The translations under genes and the position numbers were made by a program. A DNA stretch of 64,000 bases from Mantamonas sphyraenae STR306 (taxonomy: Eukaryota; Protista; CRuMs): NCBI GenBank assembly GCA_026936335.1, contig JAPMXV010000031.1, positions 124,001 to 188,000 on the forward strand, written 5' to 3'. Below are positions 14,235 to 25,022 of the stretch, piece after piece (position 1 is the stretch's first letter; each line of letters opens with the position of its first letter). The notes beneath the pieces were generated by a model. That model was not told where the DNA came from and did no database searches. It was given only the letters and a program-made list of their open reading frames with translations.

Positions 14235-14957
14235 ATGTCTGACTCGAGCGTGCGCGTGGCCGATGCGCTGTATGCACCCAGCGAGCTTGCAGACGTGGAC
14301 GCCATGGTTGTGCAACAGGAGGAGGCCGACATGGCGTACCAGGTGCCTGCAGAGTTTGGTACGTTGCTCGGGTTGATCAGCCACAGTCCCACCGCACACA
14401 CAACCTGCCCACCGGCACCCATGCTGACACCTGTCCTTCCACCATGTGTGTGGCCTTTTCCGCACCGCAAAGCCGCCACGCTGAGTGATGAACAGCAGCA
14501 GTCGTTGTCACGGTACCTGGAAAAGGTCGATTGGCTGGCAGAGGTGCTGGAGGGCCAATCGCTGGACGAGGCGTATGCGCAGCTGGACGGTGAGTGAAGC
14601 CTCGTGTGGCCCGAGGACACGTGCGTGTGTGTGGACGGTGTGCATTTGCAACACTGCGCACCCATGAGTGAGAGTGGCCACTTGTCTACATCGCAGGAGA
14701 GCGGGGACAAGCAACCCTGACGCCGAGACACACGCGCCCCCACAGACATCGACTCGCAAGAGCGCCAGGCGCAGCTTGACACGCTGCAGGAAACTGTGCG
14801 GGATTTGGACCAAGAACGCAAGTACTGGGACAATGTGTTGCAAGAGCTGGACGAAGAGAGCCATCGGCTGTCCGAGTACGGACGTGTGCTCAAGCGACTG
14901 ACCAACTCGCGGTCCAAGGAGGAACGGGACCGCTTCCGAAGCATGCTGGATGCGTGA
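14235..14957 (+). CDS. Small hypothetical coiled-coil protein (3 exons)
   Basis: ATG 14235; introns 14359-14472 (GTACGT..GCTGAC..AAG) and 14590-14745 (GTGAGT..CCTGAC..CAG) give a continuous frame ending RFRSMLDA*. Confidence 0.7.
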
Positions 14958-15007
14958 CATCGAATGAAAAGAACGCTGTACATATAGAACGGTTGTATTT
15001 TGGGGAC

Positions 15008-15382
15008 TCACTCGTTGGCGTCGGGCACGGCCTCGTGTTCGTAGGGGCAGTGGCGGCACGCGTTTCCGCAACACTTGCCCCTGTTCATGTGGGCAAGGGC
15101 ATTGAACACCCAATAGGGCCCATCCATGTAGCCCAGGTCTCCGTTTTCAAGACTCATCAGATGCAGCTCCTCAATCTCTGGCGACACCGCGTCCGGCTGG
15201 GTTATGGTCAGCTCCACCAAAGCCTCCGCGTCGTCCCCGTCGCCGCTGTCATCCAGTTCCGCGGCGTCGTACTGCGTCGCGTACCGTTGCACCCACTTTT
15301 GTGTCTTGAGTGCTCGCACGGGGGCAGCCACGACCAGGTGGCGGTGTGCACGGTGGGTCGACGACATCCGGGGGCGCTGCAT
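15008..15382 (-). CDS. DUF5522 / C1orf53-like Cys-rich protein, probably mitochondrial
   Basis: C-terminal GYMDGPYWVFNALAHMNRGKCCGNACRHCPY motif; basic, acid-free N-terminus resembling a presequence. Start is 15382 or 15367. Confidence 0.85.
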   Translation of the reverse strand: MQRPRMSSTHRAHRHLVVAAPVRALKTQKWVQRYATQYDAAELDDSGDGDDAEALVELTITQPDAVSPEIEELHLMSLENGDLGYMDGPYWVFNALAHMNRGKCCGNACRHCPYEHEAVPDANE

Positions 15383-15411
15383 CCGCCCGCGCCAAGCAAA
15401 CCCACACGAGC

Positions 15412-15906
15412 ATGAGCATTGCAAATCAAGTGGACAAACCAACAAAGGTGATGACTCCTGTTGACATCACAGCAGAGCGATTTGCTCCGTTTGGCGAACT
15501 TGTGAGCGAAGGCGGCGAGCTCCAAGACCTGGATCTCAGCTCCGACGCGGGCAAGCCCAACCTCTACACCATGAATCTGGACGCCCTCATGTCCTTTGAT
15601 CGTATCGCACGACACCGCAAGGTGACACAGTGTCTGGGGCCCATCAACGCATCCGGCAACTGGTTTATGGGTGTTTGCCCTCCAAGCGACGACGATTCCG
15701 ACTCGGGAACCCCAGACGAGGACCAGTTGGTGGTGTTTTCCATCCCCAACACAGTGGGTATCAAGCTGCACAGAGGCACGTGGCATGCAGGGCCGCACCA
15801 GACCGAGCAGACGCTGTACTACAACCTCGAGCTGAACAACACAAACAAGGACGACCTGCACGTGCAACCCTTTGAAGCCCAATACCTGATCCAAAACGAG
15901 CAGTGA
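15412..15906 (+). CDS. Ureidoglycolate lyase/hydrolase (AllA) family cupin
   Basis: ITAERFAPFGELV, ARHRKVTQCL, GIKLHRGTWHAGP, YYNLELNNTN; intronless. Confidence 0.85.
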   Translation: MSIANQVDKPTKVMTPVDITAERFAPFGELVSEGGELQDLDLSSDAGKPNLYTMNLDALMSFDRIARHRKVTQCLGPINASGNWFMGVCPPSDDDSDSGTPDEDQLVVFSIPNTVGIKLHRGTWHAGPHQTEQTLYYNLELNNTNKDDLHVQPFEAQYLIQNEQ

Positions 15907-15983
15907 AGAGTGTGCTCACACATCGTGGATGCACCTGTGCAATGCATTCATGCTCTCACCGACAAAAAGTCTCCGGCTCGTGA

Positions 15984-16221
15984 TCACCGTCGTCGCGTGG
16001 CACTTCCCGCTGTGCGTGCTCGTGCAGACGGCGAGGAATCCAACAGCGCATCTTCGTCCAACTCGTTCTCCTTCTTGCTAGTCTTCTTGCGACTGCGTCG
16101 CTGCGGCGGACGGCTCTTGCGAACCTGCGATTCTGGCGTGCGTGGCTCCGCACTCCCTGGTGTCGACTGTTCCCTGTTACTGCTGCCCCGTCCGGCCTTG
16201 CTGGAACTGGATGTTGTGCCA

Positions 16222-16257
<36 letters not shown>

Positions 16258-17378
16258 GCTTCGGACGGTTCGCCCGTGTCTTCCCGCAGACAGCTGGCAG
16301 GGACGTATTCGATCAGGTCGGGCGGCACCAGAGTCTCCAGCTGTTGGGGCGTGCAGGTATGCATGTCCATCTTGCGAAGGACCTCGTTGTCGTCGTGTAT
16401 CTCAAAGGGCATGTTGAAGTTGAAGAACACCTCTTCACGGTCCTCGGACATCTGGCACTCGATGGTTGTGTCTCGACGCGTGTTCACCACAATGAAGGGC
16501 AGCGTAATAATGTGTTCGTACTTGTGGGGCACGCTGTTGCGGCTCACAAGGTTCTCGAAGGAAATCAGCTGGCACACCAGCTCCTGCAGGTGCTGTTCTT
16601 TCTTTTCGATCCGTTCCAACGACTCTTCCCGTTCGTGCTGCTTGTCTTCTAGTTGCTTCTTACTGTTTGTGGGCAGGCCCTCCCATGAGATGGCCTTCTT
16701 GTTCTTGGAAATGATGTTCATGGCCATAAGCACGTTCAGCGCGTCATACACCCTTCGCCGGATGTTTTTCTGGTCATATTGCTGTGTGTGCAGTGTGATT
16801 CGTGTGTACATACCTGTGTCAGACGCTGGGAATCCGCGCATGCCTGCTGCCCTCGCTGTTTGTCCGACATACCCTTTCCTCTTCGTCGTACTCCGCCCTG
16901 CAACGTGCACCACGTGTGTCAGTACCGCTCCAAACACACCCACACACCGTCCACGCACAGAGCTCTCACGTCGTCACACGCCCTCCATTTCCAAACTCAC
17001 GTAAACTCCTGCACCAGCTCGTCAGCCACTTCGTTGTAGGTTGTGACTCCCTTGCTCTTGACCTTTTCGCACACCTTTTGGCTAAAATGACGCAGTCCTT
17101 TCGACTTGCTGGTCTTGTTCTTGCGCTGTCGTTTGCGTTCCGACCCTCCCCTGCGCACAAGCACCGCCGTCGTGCCCCCGTTAGCCGTCCCAAGGGCGTC
17201 AGTCTCCTGGGTCGGCCCGATCACACAAATCGCCCAAGCACAGCAACTTTGTAGCCGGCCCGCATTTGCTTCCAGGACGCGCAAACCCCACCGTGGTGAC
17301 CCCACGGCATAACAACACTCTATTTCACACCACTTACCCGCTAAACTCGTCCTCGCTTGCCTTCCTCTTCCCCGGCAT
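15984..17378 (-). CDS. TFDP: Transcription factor DP (E2F dimerization partner), 4 exons
   Basis: [31 protein letters not shown] box [37 protein letters not shown]. Introns 17337-17151, 17000-16898, 16872-16782; 25-nt micro-exon 16897-16873. Confidence 0.97.
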
Positions 17379-17392
17379 GGCGTTGGAAATTT

Positions 17393-17404
17393 TTTGGCGC
17401 GAAA
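17393..17404. promoter_or_regulatory. Overlapping double E2F site TTTGGCGCGAAA immediately upstream of the DP start codon
   Basis: Matches TTTSSCGC on both strands (DHFR-type arrangement), 14 nt from the DP ATG at 17378. Confidence 0.75.
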
Positions 17405-17715
17405 CGCGCACTGGCCTTGCTGGGGCCTCACCAAGGATAGCTGGGTGAGGTTTGCGGGAGCATGTGGTGTGGATCATGTTTGTTGTCCACTGGAATGAAA
17501 TGAAGTGATCCATGGCAGGGTGTGGCGGCTGCTGTCGTCGTCGCCGTGCGGTTGAGATTCGGCACCACACCATCGACCACAAACGACTACAGGGAAGGAA
17601 TGGTCGGTCTGCAGCGATACTCACATGCATCAAGAAATCGATGCAAACAGCGAACTGTGATGCTGGTGACAACTGCCCATGAGCGGCTCGCGCCGCATCG
17701 CCCAACACTCAGGCA

Positions 17716-20700
17716 ATGTCCGGCAGCGTAGGTTCACACCCTCACGCACCAATGGCCTCTTATGCGCTCCCAATTTCCACCAGCATCCCATCGCCTCACA
17801 CTCACGCCCACGACGACGTGTCCACGCTAGTACCGACCCTCGAAAAAGGTCACCGAGACGCTGCGCATCGACTCGCAGGACCAGGGCAGCGGCAAGGCCG
17901 TCGCACCTGCCCCAGCACGTGCCCAGACACGCACCAGCACCTCGGGCAACGGGGCCATCGACGCCGTCGAGCAAGAGTACATCAACAATCTTCAGCAGCA
18001 GGTGTACTTCCTTGAAATGGAGGCCAACTACTTGAAGAGCGTAGACGCAGAGGCCGAGGCCCAGGCCAGACTGCAGGCCGAGGCCCAGCGTGGCTCCCAG
18101 AGCGATGACGAGTCGGACAGCAGCTCGTCCAGCGGTAAGTGAACCTTGCGTGCGCCTGCCTTGCGCTCGGTCAGCCAAAACTGCCAACGCGCCAAAAACT
18201 CGCAGAAGCCGTTACTCACAGGCGCCCTCGTCATTGCCTACAGAGAGCATCCCCATCCAAGCACCACCCATCCGCAGGAAGCGCCCCACATCCTCTCGCA
18301 ACTCAGGCACCCGAAGCAGCATGAACCACAGTGGCCGCAGCTCCGGCAGCTCGAGAAGTGACCACCACAAGTCGTCAGATTCCAAGCGCAAATCTCGCTC
18401 CACAAAGAGCTCCACCGGCTCTTCTCGCGGCAGCTACGGCAACTCTGGCACAGGCAGTCATTCGCACTCGTCCAGGCCCCACTCCTCCGATCGTCACGAC
18501 TACCATGATCGCGACCGCGACCGCGACCACGACCACGACCACAACCACAACTCCTCGTCCCGTCGCTCCGGCTCCTCCTCCTCCTCCAAAAGTAGGTCGC
18601 ACAAGCGATCTGGCTCCTCCTCCTCGGGCTCCAAGCATCACCACCCGTCGCACCAGCAGTCACAAAGCGATCACAGTCGTCCGCATGGCCATGGACACGA
18701 CGACCGCGACCACGACGACCGTGACGAGCGCGACAACAGCCACGGACACGGCCACGGCCACAGTCACCAGCACCAACACCAACACCAACACCAACAGGGC
18801 TACCCGCAGCCGCAGCCGTACCCGCAGCAGCCGATGTACAACACAGGAATGTCGTACGACAGCACAGGCAACAGCGGCACGTACATGCCCATTACCAGCG
18901 GCTCCTCGCCGCTGCCCCTGTCCAATCCGTACTTTCAATCCATGCCCGGTGGCGACAACGGCGACGAGTCGTCGCATGGCCGAGACGACAACGGTGACTC
19001 GTCGTCGCACCATGGCCACCACCGCCACAGCAGCCACAGCGGCCATCGCCACGGCAACAGCGACTCGAGCAGCACCATGTTTCCCGACTACAGCGTACAG
19101 GCGCAACAGATGCATCAGGCGCAACAAAACGCACTGCAGCAGGCGCAGCATGCGCAAAAGGAGGCGCAGGAGGCAAAGGCACGCGCACATCAGGAGGCCC
19201 AGGCACACGCTGCCGCCCAGCAGCGCTACATGCAGCTGCAACAGCAGCAACTGGCAGCCCTGCAAAGCGGTGGCAACGTGTCCATGAGCCAGGTGCAACC
19301 CTTTTCCGTTGCCAACTTCCAGCAAAGCCAGGGCTTCGATCCCATGATGGCCTCGCTCATGAGCAACACAGGCGAGCTCACCGAGGCCGAGCTCGACACC
19401 TACTTGCAGTCTCTCAAGCAAAAGTACAAGCAGCTGGGCGAAAAGGCCAGCACAGAGACACAGTTGCTGCGAGTTCAGCTTGAGGAGCGCGACAAAATGC
19501 TGGGTGCCGCCGAGTACGCCAAAGAGGAGTTGCGGCAAAACTTGGCCGACGCACGCGCCGAACTGGAGCATCAGCGCGAGACCGCTCGCCAGGAGAAGGA
19601 GGCCCTGCTCAAGGACACCATTGCCATGGAGAAGAAGGCCGAGTCGCTGCAAAGGCAGATTGACAAGCAGAAGGAGCTCATCGAACGCAATCAGGTGGAC
19701 AAGGAAAGCCTGATGGACCAAAACGTGGAGCTTGATGATGAGGCCAAGAAACTGCGCGAAACATTCAGCGAGTACGAACGCAAGCTGAAGCAGAAGGAGG
19801 AGAAGATCGAAGCGCTGACTCAGCAGGCGCTGGACCTGAAGCACGACCTGTCGCGCTACTCGCAGGCCAGCGGGGCGTTTGACTCGGTTAAGGAGCTGCG
19901 CGACATGGTGGAGGAGAAGCGTGAGCTGGAAGCAGAGATGGCCAACATGAAGGTGGAACTGGCCAACACCAAGAACACCAACCAGCGCCTGGAGGACGAG
20001 TGTGCCAAGCTGGTGGACGACGTGAGCAGCCTGCGTGCACAACTGCAGAACACAAAGTTTGAGGCCATGCAGAAGCAGGCACAGAACATCTGGTCACAAC
20101 TGGCAGGAGGCATGAAGAAGGACAAGAGCGAACACGCACGGCTGCTTGCCGAAAAGGTTGAGTTTGAACACCAGTATGATGAGACGCGTGAGAAGCTGGC
20201 AATTGCAGAGGACGTGATCGAGGAGCTGCAAGCCAAGAACCAGGTGCTTCTGGAGGAGGTGACTCGCGCTGAGAAACGCGCAGTCATCCTGGACGAGCAG
20301 AAGGACCGTTGCCTGGAGATGCTCGAGTCGGAACAGCAGCAATTCCGCGAGATCGACGACGCCAACACAGATCTGCTGAAGGAGAAGATGCTGCTGATGG
20401 ACCAGATCCAGGACATGCGCACCGAACTGGAGGACAATGAGGCCAAGTACCGCGAGGTGGCCGAGGAGAACTATGTCCTCAAGGCAGCCACAGACCAGCT
20501 GCTGGTCAAGCTGGACCTCAAGGACGGCCTGGACACACTCAAGCCCGAAGAGTTTGAGTCGATCATGGACAACACCAACCAGGTGACGCAGACAATCAGC
20601 AACCTCATGAGCAGCCTGCAGGAACTGAAGAGCCTGTCGCACGCACGCGCCATCAACAACGGACCCAACAACTCTGCGGGTGACGGACCGGCCAAGGAGC

Positions 20701-20891
20701 AAAACCTGGCCAGCCAACTCACCAACATGCAGCTTCGCTCGCTGGGCAACCAGGGCGGCAACGCACAGGGACGCCCACGTGGTCAGCGTGGGCAGGGATC
20801 CAGCCACCGCGCTCCTCCCGCCGTGCGCACCACAAACAAAGCCCGCAGCGAAGCAGGCGAGAGTCTTGCTAGTGCCGATGTACCTTTCTGA
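17716..20891 (+). CDS. Large coiled-coil protein with His/Ser-rich disordered N-half (3 exons)
   Basis: MSGS, intron 17728-17830, YRPSKK...EQEYINNLQQQVYFLEMEANYLKS..., intron 18135-18243, then frame of ORF 18090..20891; about 400 aa of coiled coil. Confidence 0.8.
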
Positions 20892-20990
20892 GCAACGAGT
20901 TGGACACTGAACAAACGTGCTTTTTGTGGAATGGCCAGCAACGCAGCAGCGCAGCACAGCGCAGCGACCCCCAATCCAAATTTCTTGCCC

Positions 20991-21681
20991 ATGGTCACGC
21001 GCACCAGTCGCTCCAGCAGCAGAGCCAAGGGAGGCCGCAAAGCGTAGGTGCCAGTGAGGATGTGTGAGGTTGTCTGCGTGCGAGGAGAGAAGTTGGGTTC
21101 GCAGCCGCCGGATTTTCGTCCGCGTGACCCTCCAGGGCATGCTGCCCAGAACCTGTGCATCCTTGTCACATGTGTCCATGATTCTCAGTGTGGTGTGTGT
21201 GTGTGTTTGTGTGTGTTTTCTCGTGCATGTGCGCGTGCAGTCCTTCTGTGGCTGTGAGACGTCACCCAAACGGCAAACGCGCGCCAAAAAATCTGCGGCA
21301 CGACTTGTCAGCAGTGCCGAATATAGAGGGGCTGACACGGTGAGCGTGTGTGTGCGTGCAATGTGTGTGTGTGGACTGCAGCAAGAGGGGTCGCAACGAC
21401 GACGCAGAGGCGCCGGAGGAAGAGAGTAGGCCAGTCGAGACGAAGCGGCAACGCGTGGAAGGGGTGAAGGAGATCTGCGACGTGGTGGTCCACAACGTGC
21501 TCAACGCCAAGGACGGCTTGGCAGCAGGGTACAAGGGCAACAGCAAGTATGTGGGCGAGGCCGGCGATGTGATCTGCGCCCACCACGTGGAGCTGGTGGA
21601 GCAGGTTGCGCTCAGGCTGATCGCCAAGCAGCGGCGGGCGGCAGGGAACACCACAGCAGCCATCGTGTCATCGCAAACATC

Positions 21682-21715
<34 letters not shown>

Positions 21716-22261
21716 GGAAGCAGCAAAGCAAACAGTGACCGAGCGACGGCCAGCAGCCGTTCGACGTCGTCTTCGGTGGAAGCTCGCAACAAGGAGCTGC
21801 GTGCAGAGATGGTCAAGCTCAAGACGCTGGAAACGCGTCTGAAGAAGGAAGAGCAGGTGTTGATGAGCATGAAGGATTCATACGATGAAGCGAAGCATCG
21901 CACCACGCTGCAGGCAGGCCAGAGCGAGTTGGAGGCTGATCTGCAACGCAGGAGCGGAGATGGCCTGCCGGTGGTGCTGAACAAGGAACAACGGACGCTG
22001 TTGCGAGCACAGGCCACGGGACAATTGGCACAGAAGCTCGTGGCCACACTGCAGCGCATGCGACTCAACGCAGAGCAGGTGGAGCAGTTTGTGCAGAGTG
22101 TGCACAGCGAGCACGAGGAAGTCAACATGGTCATGGCCGAGCTCGCCAAGCACTACCAGATTGCCAACAAGAAAAAGACAAAGGGGGCGTCGGGACGCAT
22201 CAACACAAACGCCAAGAGTCTCATTCGAGGCATTGCACGCGCCGGGGCTGCCAAGCAATGA
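20991..22261 (+). CDS. Coiled-coil protein, possible kinetochore Dsn1/Mis13 homolog (2 exons)
   Basis: MVTRTSRSS..GRKA, intron 21044-21381, KRGRNDD...; EARNKELRAEMVKLKTLETRLKKEE and C-terminal NAKSLIRGI resemble Dsn1 blocks. The gene model is solid; the identity is tentative. Confidence 0.55.
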
Positions 22262-22333
22262 AGGAATGGAATTGGATTGAAACACGCATGTGCAGCATGC
22301 ATTGAGCCATTGAGTGTCACTTGTTCCCCTTGG

Positions 22334-24193
22334 CTATTCCTCCGTCCCCCCGCTGGCAGGTGGCCTGTTGGCAACGTCAAGGAGGGCCTTGCGCTGGGAG
22401 CCGAGCGGATCGAGGCGTCGCTGTCGCATTCGATGTGCCACAATGATCCACGCTGCCACACTTACAATTGCAAGTGATCCAAAAACCGGCAGCACCAGGT
22501 TCTGTTCGCAGTTGGGGCCTGTAGAAAATGTGAAACAACGGCATTGGCCCGTTGGATCACACTGGCCTCGGCCAGAACAGGTGCGTGGGGCATGGCACAT
22601 TTGGGCACATTTTGGACCGTAAAAGTTGTCGTCGCACATGCACTGGCCATTGGCAGGGTTGCACACACCCCGATTGTTGCAGGAGCCCGCACGCGTGCAG
22701 TGCGTCGCACACTGGCTGCCATAGTAGTCTGCATCGCATTTACACTGTGCGTGCACATTGTCAGAGGTAGCGCAGTGACCGTGAGTGCCGCAGTTGTGGG
22801 AGCACGACAAGGTGCAGCTGAGACCAGCAAATCCTCGCTGGCATTCGCAGGCGCCCGTGCTCGTGTTGCACTGTCCGTTCACGCACGAGTGTCCCTGTAC
22901 ACATTGTGTGTCACATGAGGGTCCAAAGTAGTTCTCCTGGCACTTGCACGAGCCGTTGTCGCGACACGCACCATGGCCATTGCAGCAGCCGACTTGCACC
23001 ACGCTGTCCATGCGGTTGACATACACACGCCCGTCGTTGGCACTCATGGTGGCGGACAGAGATGTGCTGTCTGCTAGCTTCAAGCGCGATTGCACAGCAC
23101 CTGTCTGCGTGCGCAGGGACAACAGCGTGTTGGTGTTGCTCAGCACAACCGGCAAGTCGTTGCTTCCCAGCACAAGCTGTGGCGCAACCAGATTCCCACG
23201 CACCCACGTCACATTCCCGGATGCGTAGTGCACGCGACTCACCGAGTGCTGCGAGCAAAGCAGAATATCTGTGCCTGTCGACATTGCTCCGCAGAAACAC
23301 CCCTCTGCCTGGTTCAGCACACGTCTCACAGTGCCGTTGGATGCGTCCAGAACCAGTGTGCGTTGTACTTGGCCCAACTGGGCGCATGCAAACACATGGT
23401 CGTCTGGTGTGATGCCATCTACGCTCGCGGAAGACGCCGGGCCGGGCACAGCCACCTTCCAGCGCACTGCCGCGGTGCGTGTCATCCCAAACGCATACGC
23501 AGTCTGGCCAGACGCCAAAGTGAAGAATGCGTCTCGTGCTGCGTTGACACAAGGTGATTTCGTCTGTTGCGAAAGCTCAAACTCGCTTGCGAAGCTGTAC
23601 GAGACCATGCCCGTGGATTGGCCCGTGACGGTGGTGACCACTGCAAGCTGGACCGACTCGTTGGGTCCTCCTTGCAGTTGGATGGACAGAATGTACAGCA
23701 GCTCGGGCGAGGACTGCATATCGACGGCGACCCAAATCGAGCTCGCCTGCACTTTGGTCACCTCCACCTCAAAGATGCTAACTCCCTGGCGCACTGCATA
23801 CAGTTCGCTGACTCCCAGTGGTCCCGCCGTCGCTCCGTACACGTTGCCAAAGTCGGGATCGCCTATGGCCGCCTGCAAAACGGCCTGCTCATCGCCCAGC
23901 TGGAACGCCCACTTTTGCTCGTCCAGGTCGCTGTCCCAGCAGTACATGGTGCTGTTGTCCACAAAGATCACCGAGTTCTGCGAGTCGTGCACGAGGAACT
24001 GAAAGGGCAGCGTCATGTGCGGGAGTCTGGCCGACACGCTGAGCTGTCCACCTCCCAGTGGCAGATTCGAACGACTGCTGTGCCGGCTGTCCCCATACGG
24101 CTGCGTCCATTCCGCAGATTGGCCACGCACGCACACACTGCCTGTACACAGAAGCAAGATCAACGCCATTGTGGTCTGCCACAGCAGCCGCAT
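22334..24193 (-). CDS. Type I membrane protein: signal peptide, PQQ-like beta-propeller, about 5 EGF-like repeats, TM helix, short tail
   Basis: Hydrophobic ALILLLCTG; WTQPYGDSRHSSRS; repeated CxGHGxC..CxC..YxGxxC units; TM LVLPVFGSLAIVSVAAWIIVA followed by basic residues. Confidence 0.85.
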   Translation of the reverse strand: MRLLWQTTMALILLLCTGSVCVRGQSAEWTQPYGDSRHSSRSNLPLGGGQLSVSARLPHMTLPFQFLVHDSQNSVIFVDNSTMYCWDSDLDEQKWAFQLGDEQAVLQAAIGDPDFGNVYGATAGPLGVSELYAVRQGVSIFEVEVTKVQASSIWVAVDMQSSPELLYILSIQLQGGPNESVQLAVVTTVTGQSTGMVSYSFASEFELSQQTKSPCVNAARDAFFTLASGQTAYAFGMTRTAAVRWKVAVPGPASSASVDGITPDDHVFACAQLGQVQRTLVLDASNGTVRRVLNQAEGCFCGAMSTGTDILLCSQHSVSRVHYASGNVTWVRGNLVAPQLVLGSNDLPVVLSNTNTLLSLRTQTGAVQSRLKLADSTSLSATMSANDGRVYVNRMDSVVQVGCCNGHGACRDNGSCKCQENYFGPSCDTQCVQGHSCVNGQCNTSTGACECQRGFAGLSCTLSCSHNCGTHGHCATSDNVHAQCKCDADYYGSQCATHCTRAGSCNNRGVCNPANGQCMCDDNFYGPKCAQMCHAPRTCSGRGQCDPTGQCRCFTFSTGPNCEQNLVLPVFGSLAIVSVAAWIIVAHRMRQRRLDPLGSQRKALLDVANRPPASGGTEE

Positions 24194-24372
24194 TGGCAGC
24201 TGCAGCAGCGGGGCGGGCATTTGCAGTGTCCCATGCAGCGCGACACAATCACCCAGGGAGTCGGAGCCAGCTGACGCTACCACAACCAAATGGACACGCC
24301 CAACAGGTTTGCAGCGCAGAGCCAACAGGCCAGACGGCATTCAACGCCCACGAAGCGGAATCATCCAATCGG

Positions 24373-24936
24373 CTACATTTCTTGCTCGTCGCCTCGTGGG
24401 CCTTGCTGCAGGTGGGTTTCATCCTGGCGTTTGGAGACAAGTTCAACAACGCCTTTGCTACTCTCCACACTGTCCACAATGGCCACGTGTTCACCCCGCT
24501 CCCGCAGCACTTCCTCGATGTTTCGCTTTCCGGAAAACCAGCCCAAGTTGTCTGCAATCACGTGATGGTTCTGGCACCCGGAACAGGTGACCACCACCAC
24601 GCCCTCTGTGTACGACATACGCGTAAAGGTGCGCAACGAGCGCTCTCCGCACACCTTGCACCGGAAAGAAATCGCCAGCTTGTCTGTGCGCTCTCCCTGA
24701 TGCGCAATGCGGCTTGGTGACGTCGCCCCACGGTTCCGTGAACGCTTGTCCATGTCTGGCTGGTATCCTGCGTCGGCAGAGTCATTGTCACGTTGTGTCG
24801 ACGCTGTGGAGAACCAGCCTCTCTGTACAACCTCTCGACGTCCCCTCCTCAGTGCCACCGCCGAGGACGTCGGTGACGATGCACCCAAGCGTCGCTGAGA
24901 TTGTTTGGCTACTAAAGACACTGCACGTCGGAACAT
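24373..24936 (-). CDS. DNLZ: Mitochondrial Hsp70 escort protein Zim17/Hep1 (DNL zinc finger)
   Basis: Presequence [11 protein letters not shown]; FRCKVC...[27 protein letters not shown]. Confidence 0.95.
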   Translation of the reverse strand: MFRRAVSLVAKQSQRRLGASSPTSSAVALRRGRREVVQRGWFSTASTQRDNDSADAGYQPDMDKRSRNRGATSPSRIAHQGERTDKLAISFRCKVCGERSLRTFTRMSYTEGVVVVTCSGCQNHHVIADNLGWFSGKRNIEEVLRERGEHVAIVDSVESSKGVVELVSKRQDETHLQQGPRGDEQEM

Positions 24937-25022
24937 GGATCCGTGAGTGCTGGGGCTGGTCTGGCGCCGCCCGCGCCAAACAAGAGTCTCTCACACCGTC
25001 ACCATTCGTCCTGCGCACGCCC

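Noticed and set aside
21090-21110. tRNA-like GGTTCG in the long intron
   Set aside because: T-loop consensus not met and no cloverleaf could be built.
21044-21381. Intronic snoRNA in the longer introns (also 17151-17337, 39990-40248)
   Set aside because: No convincing C/D or H/ACA box pair seen by eye; only short GC hairpins. A covariance-model search would be needed.
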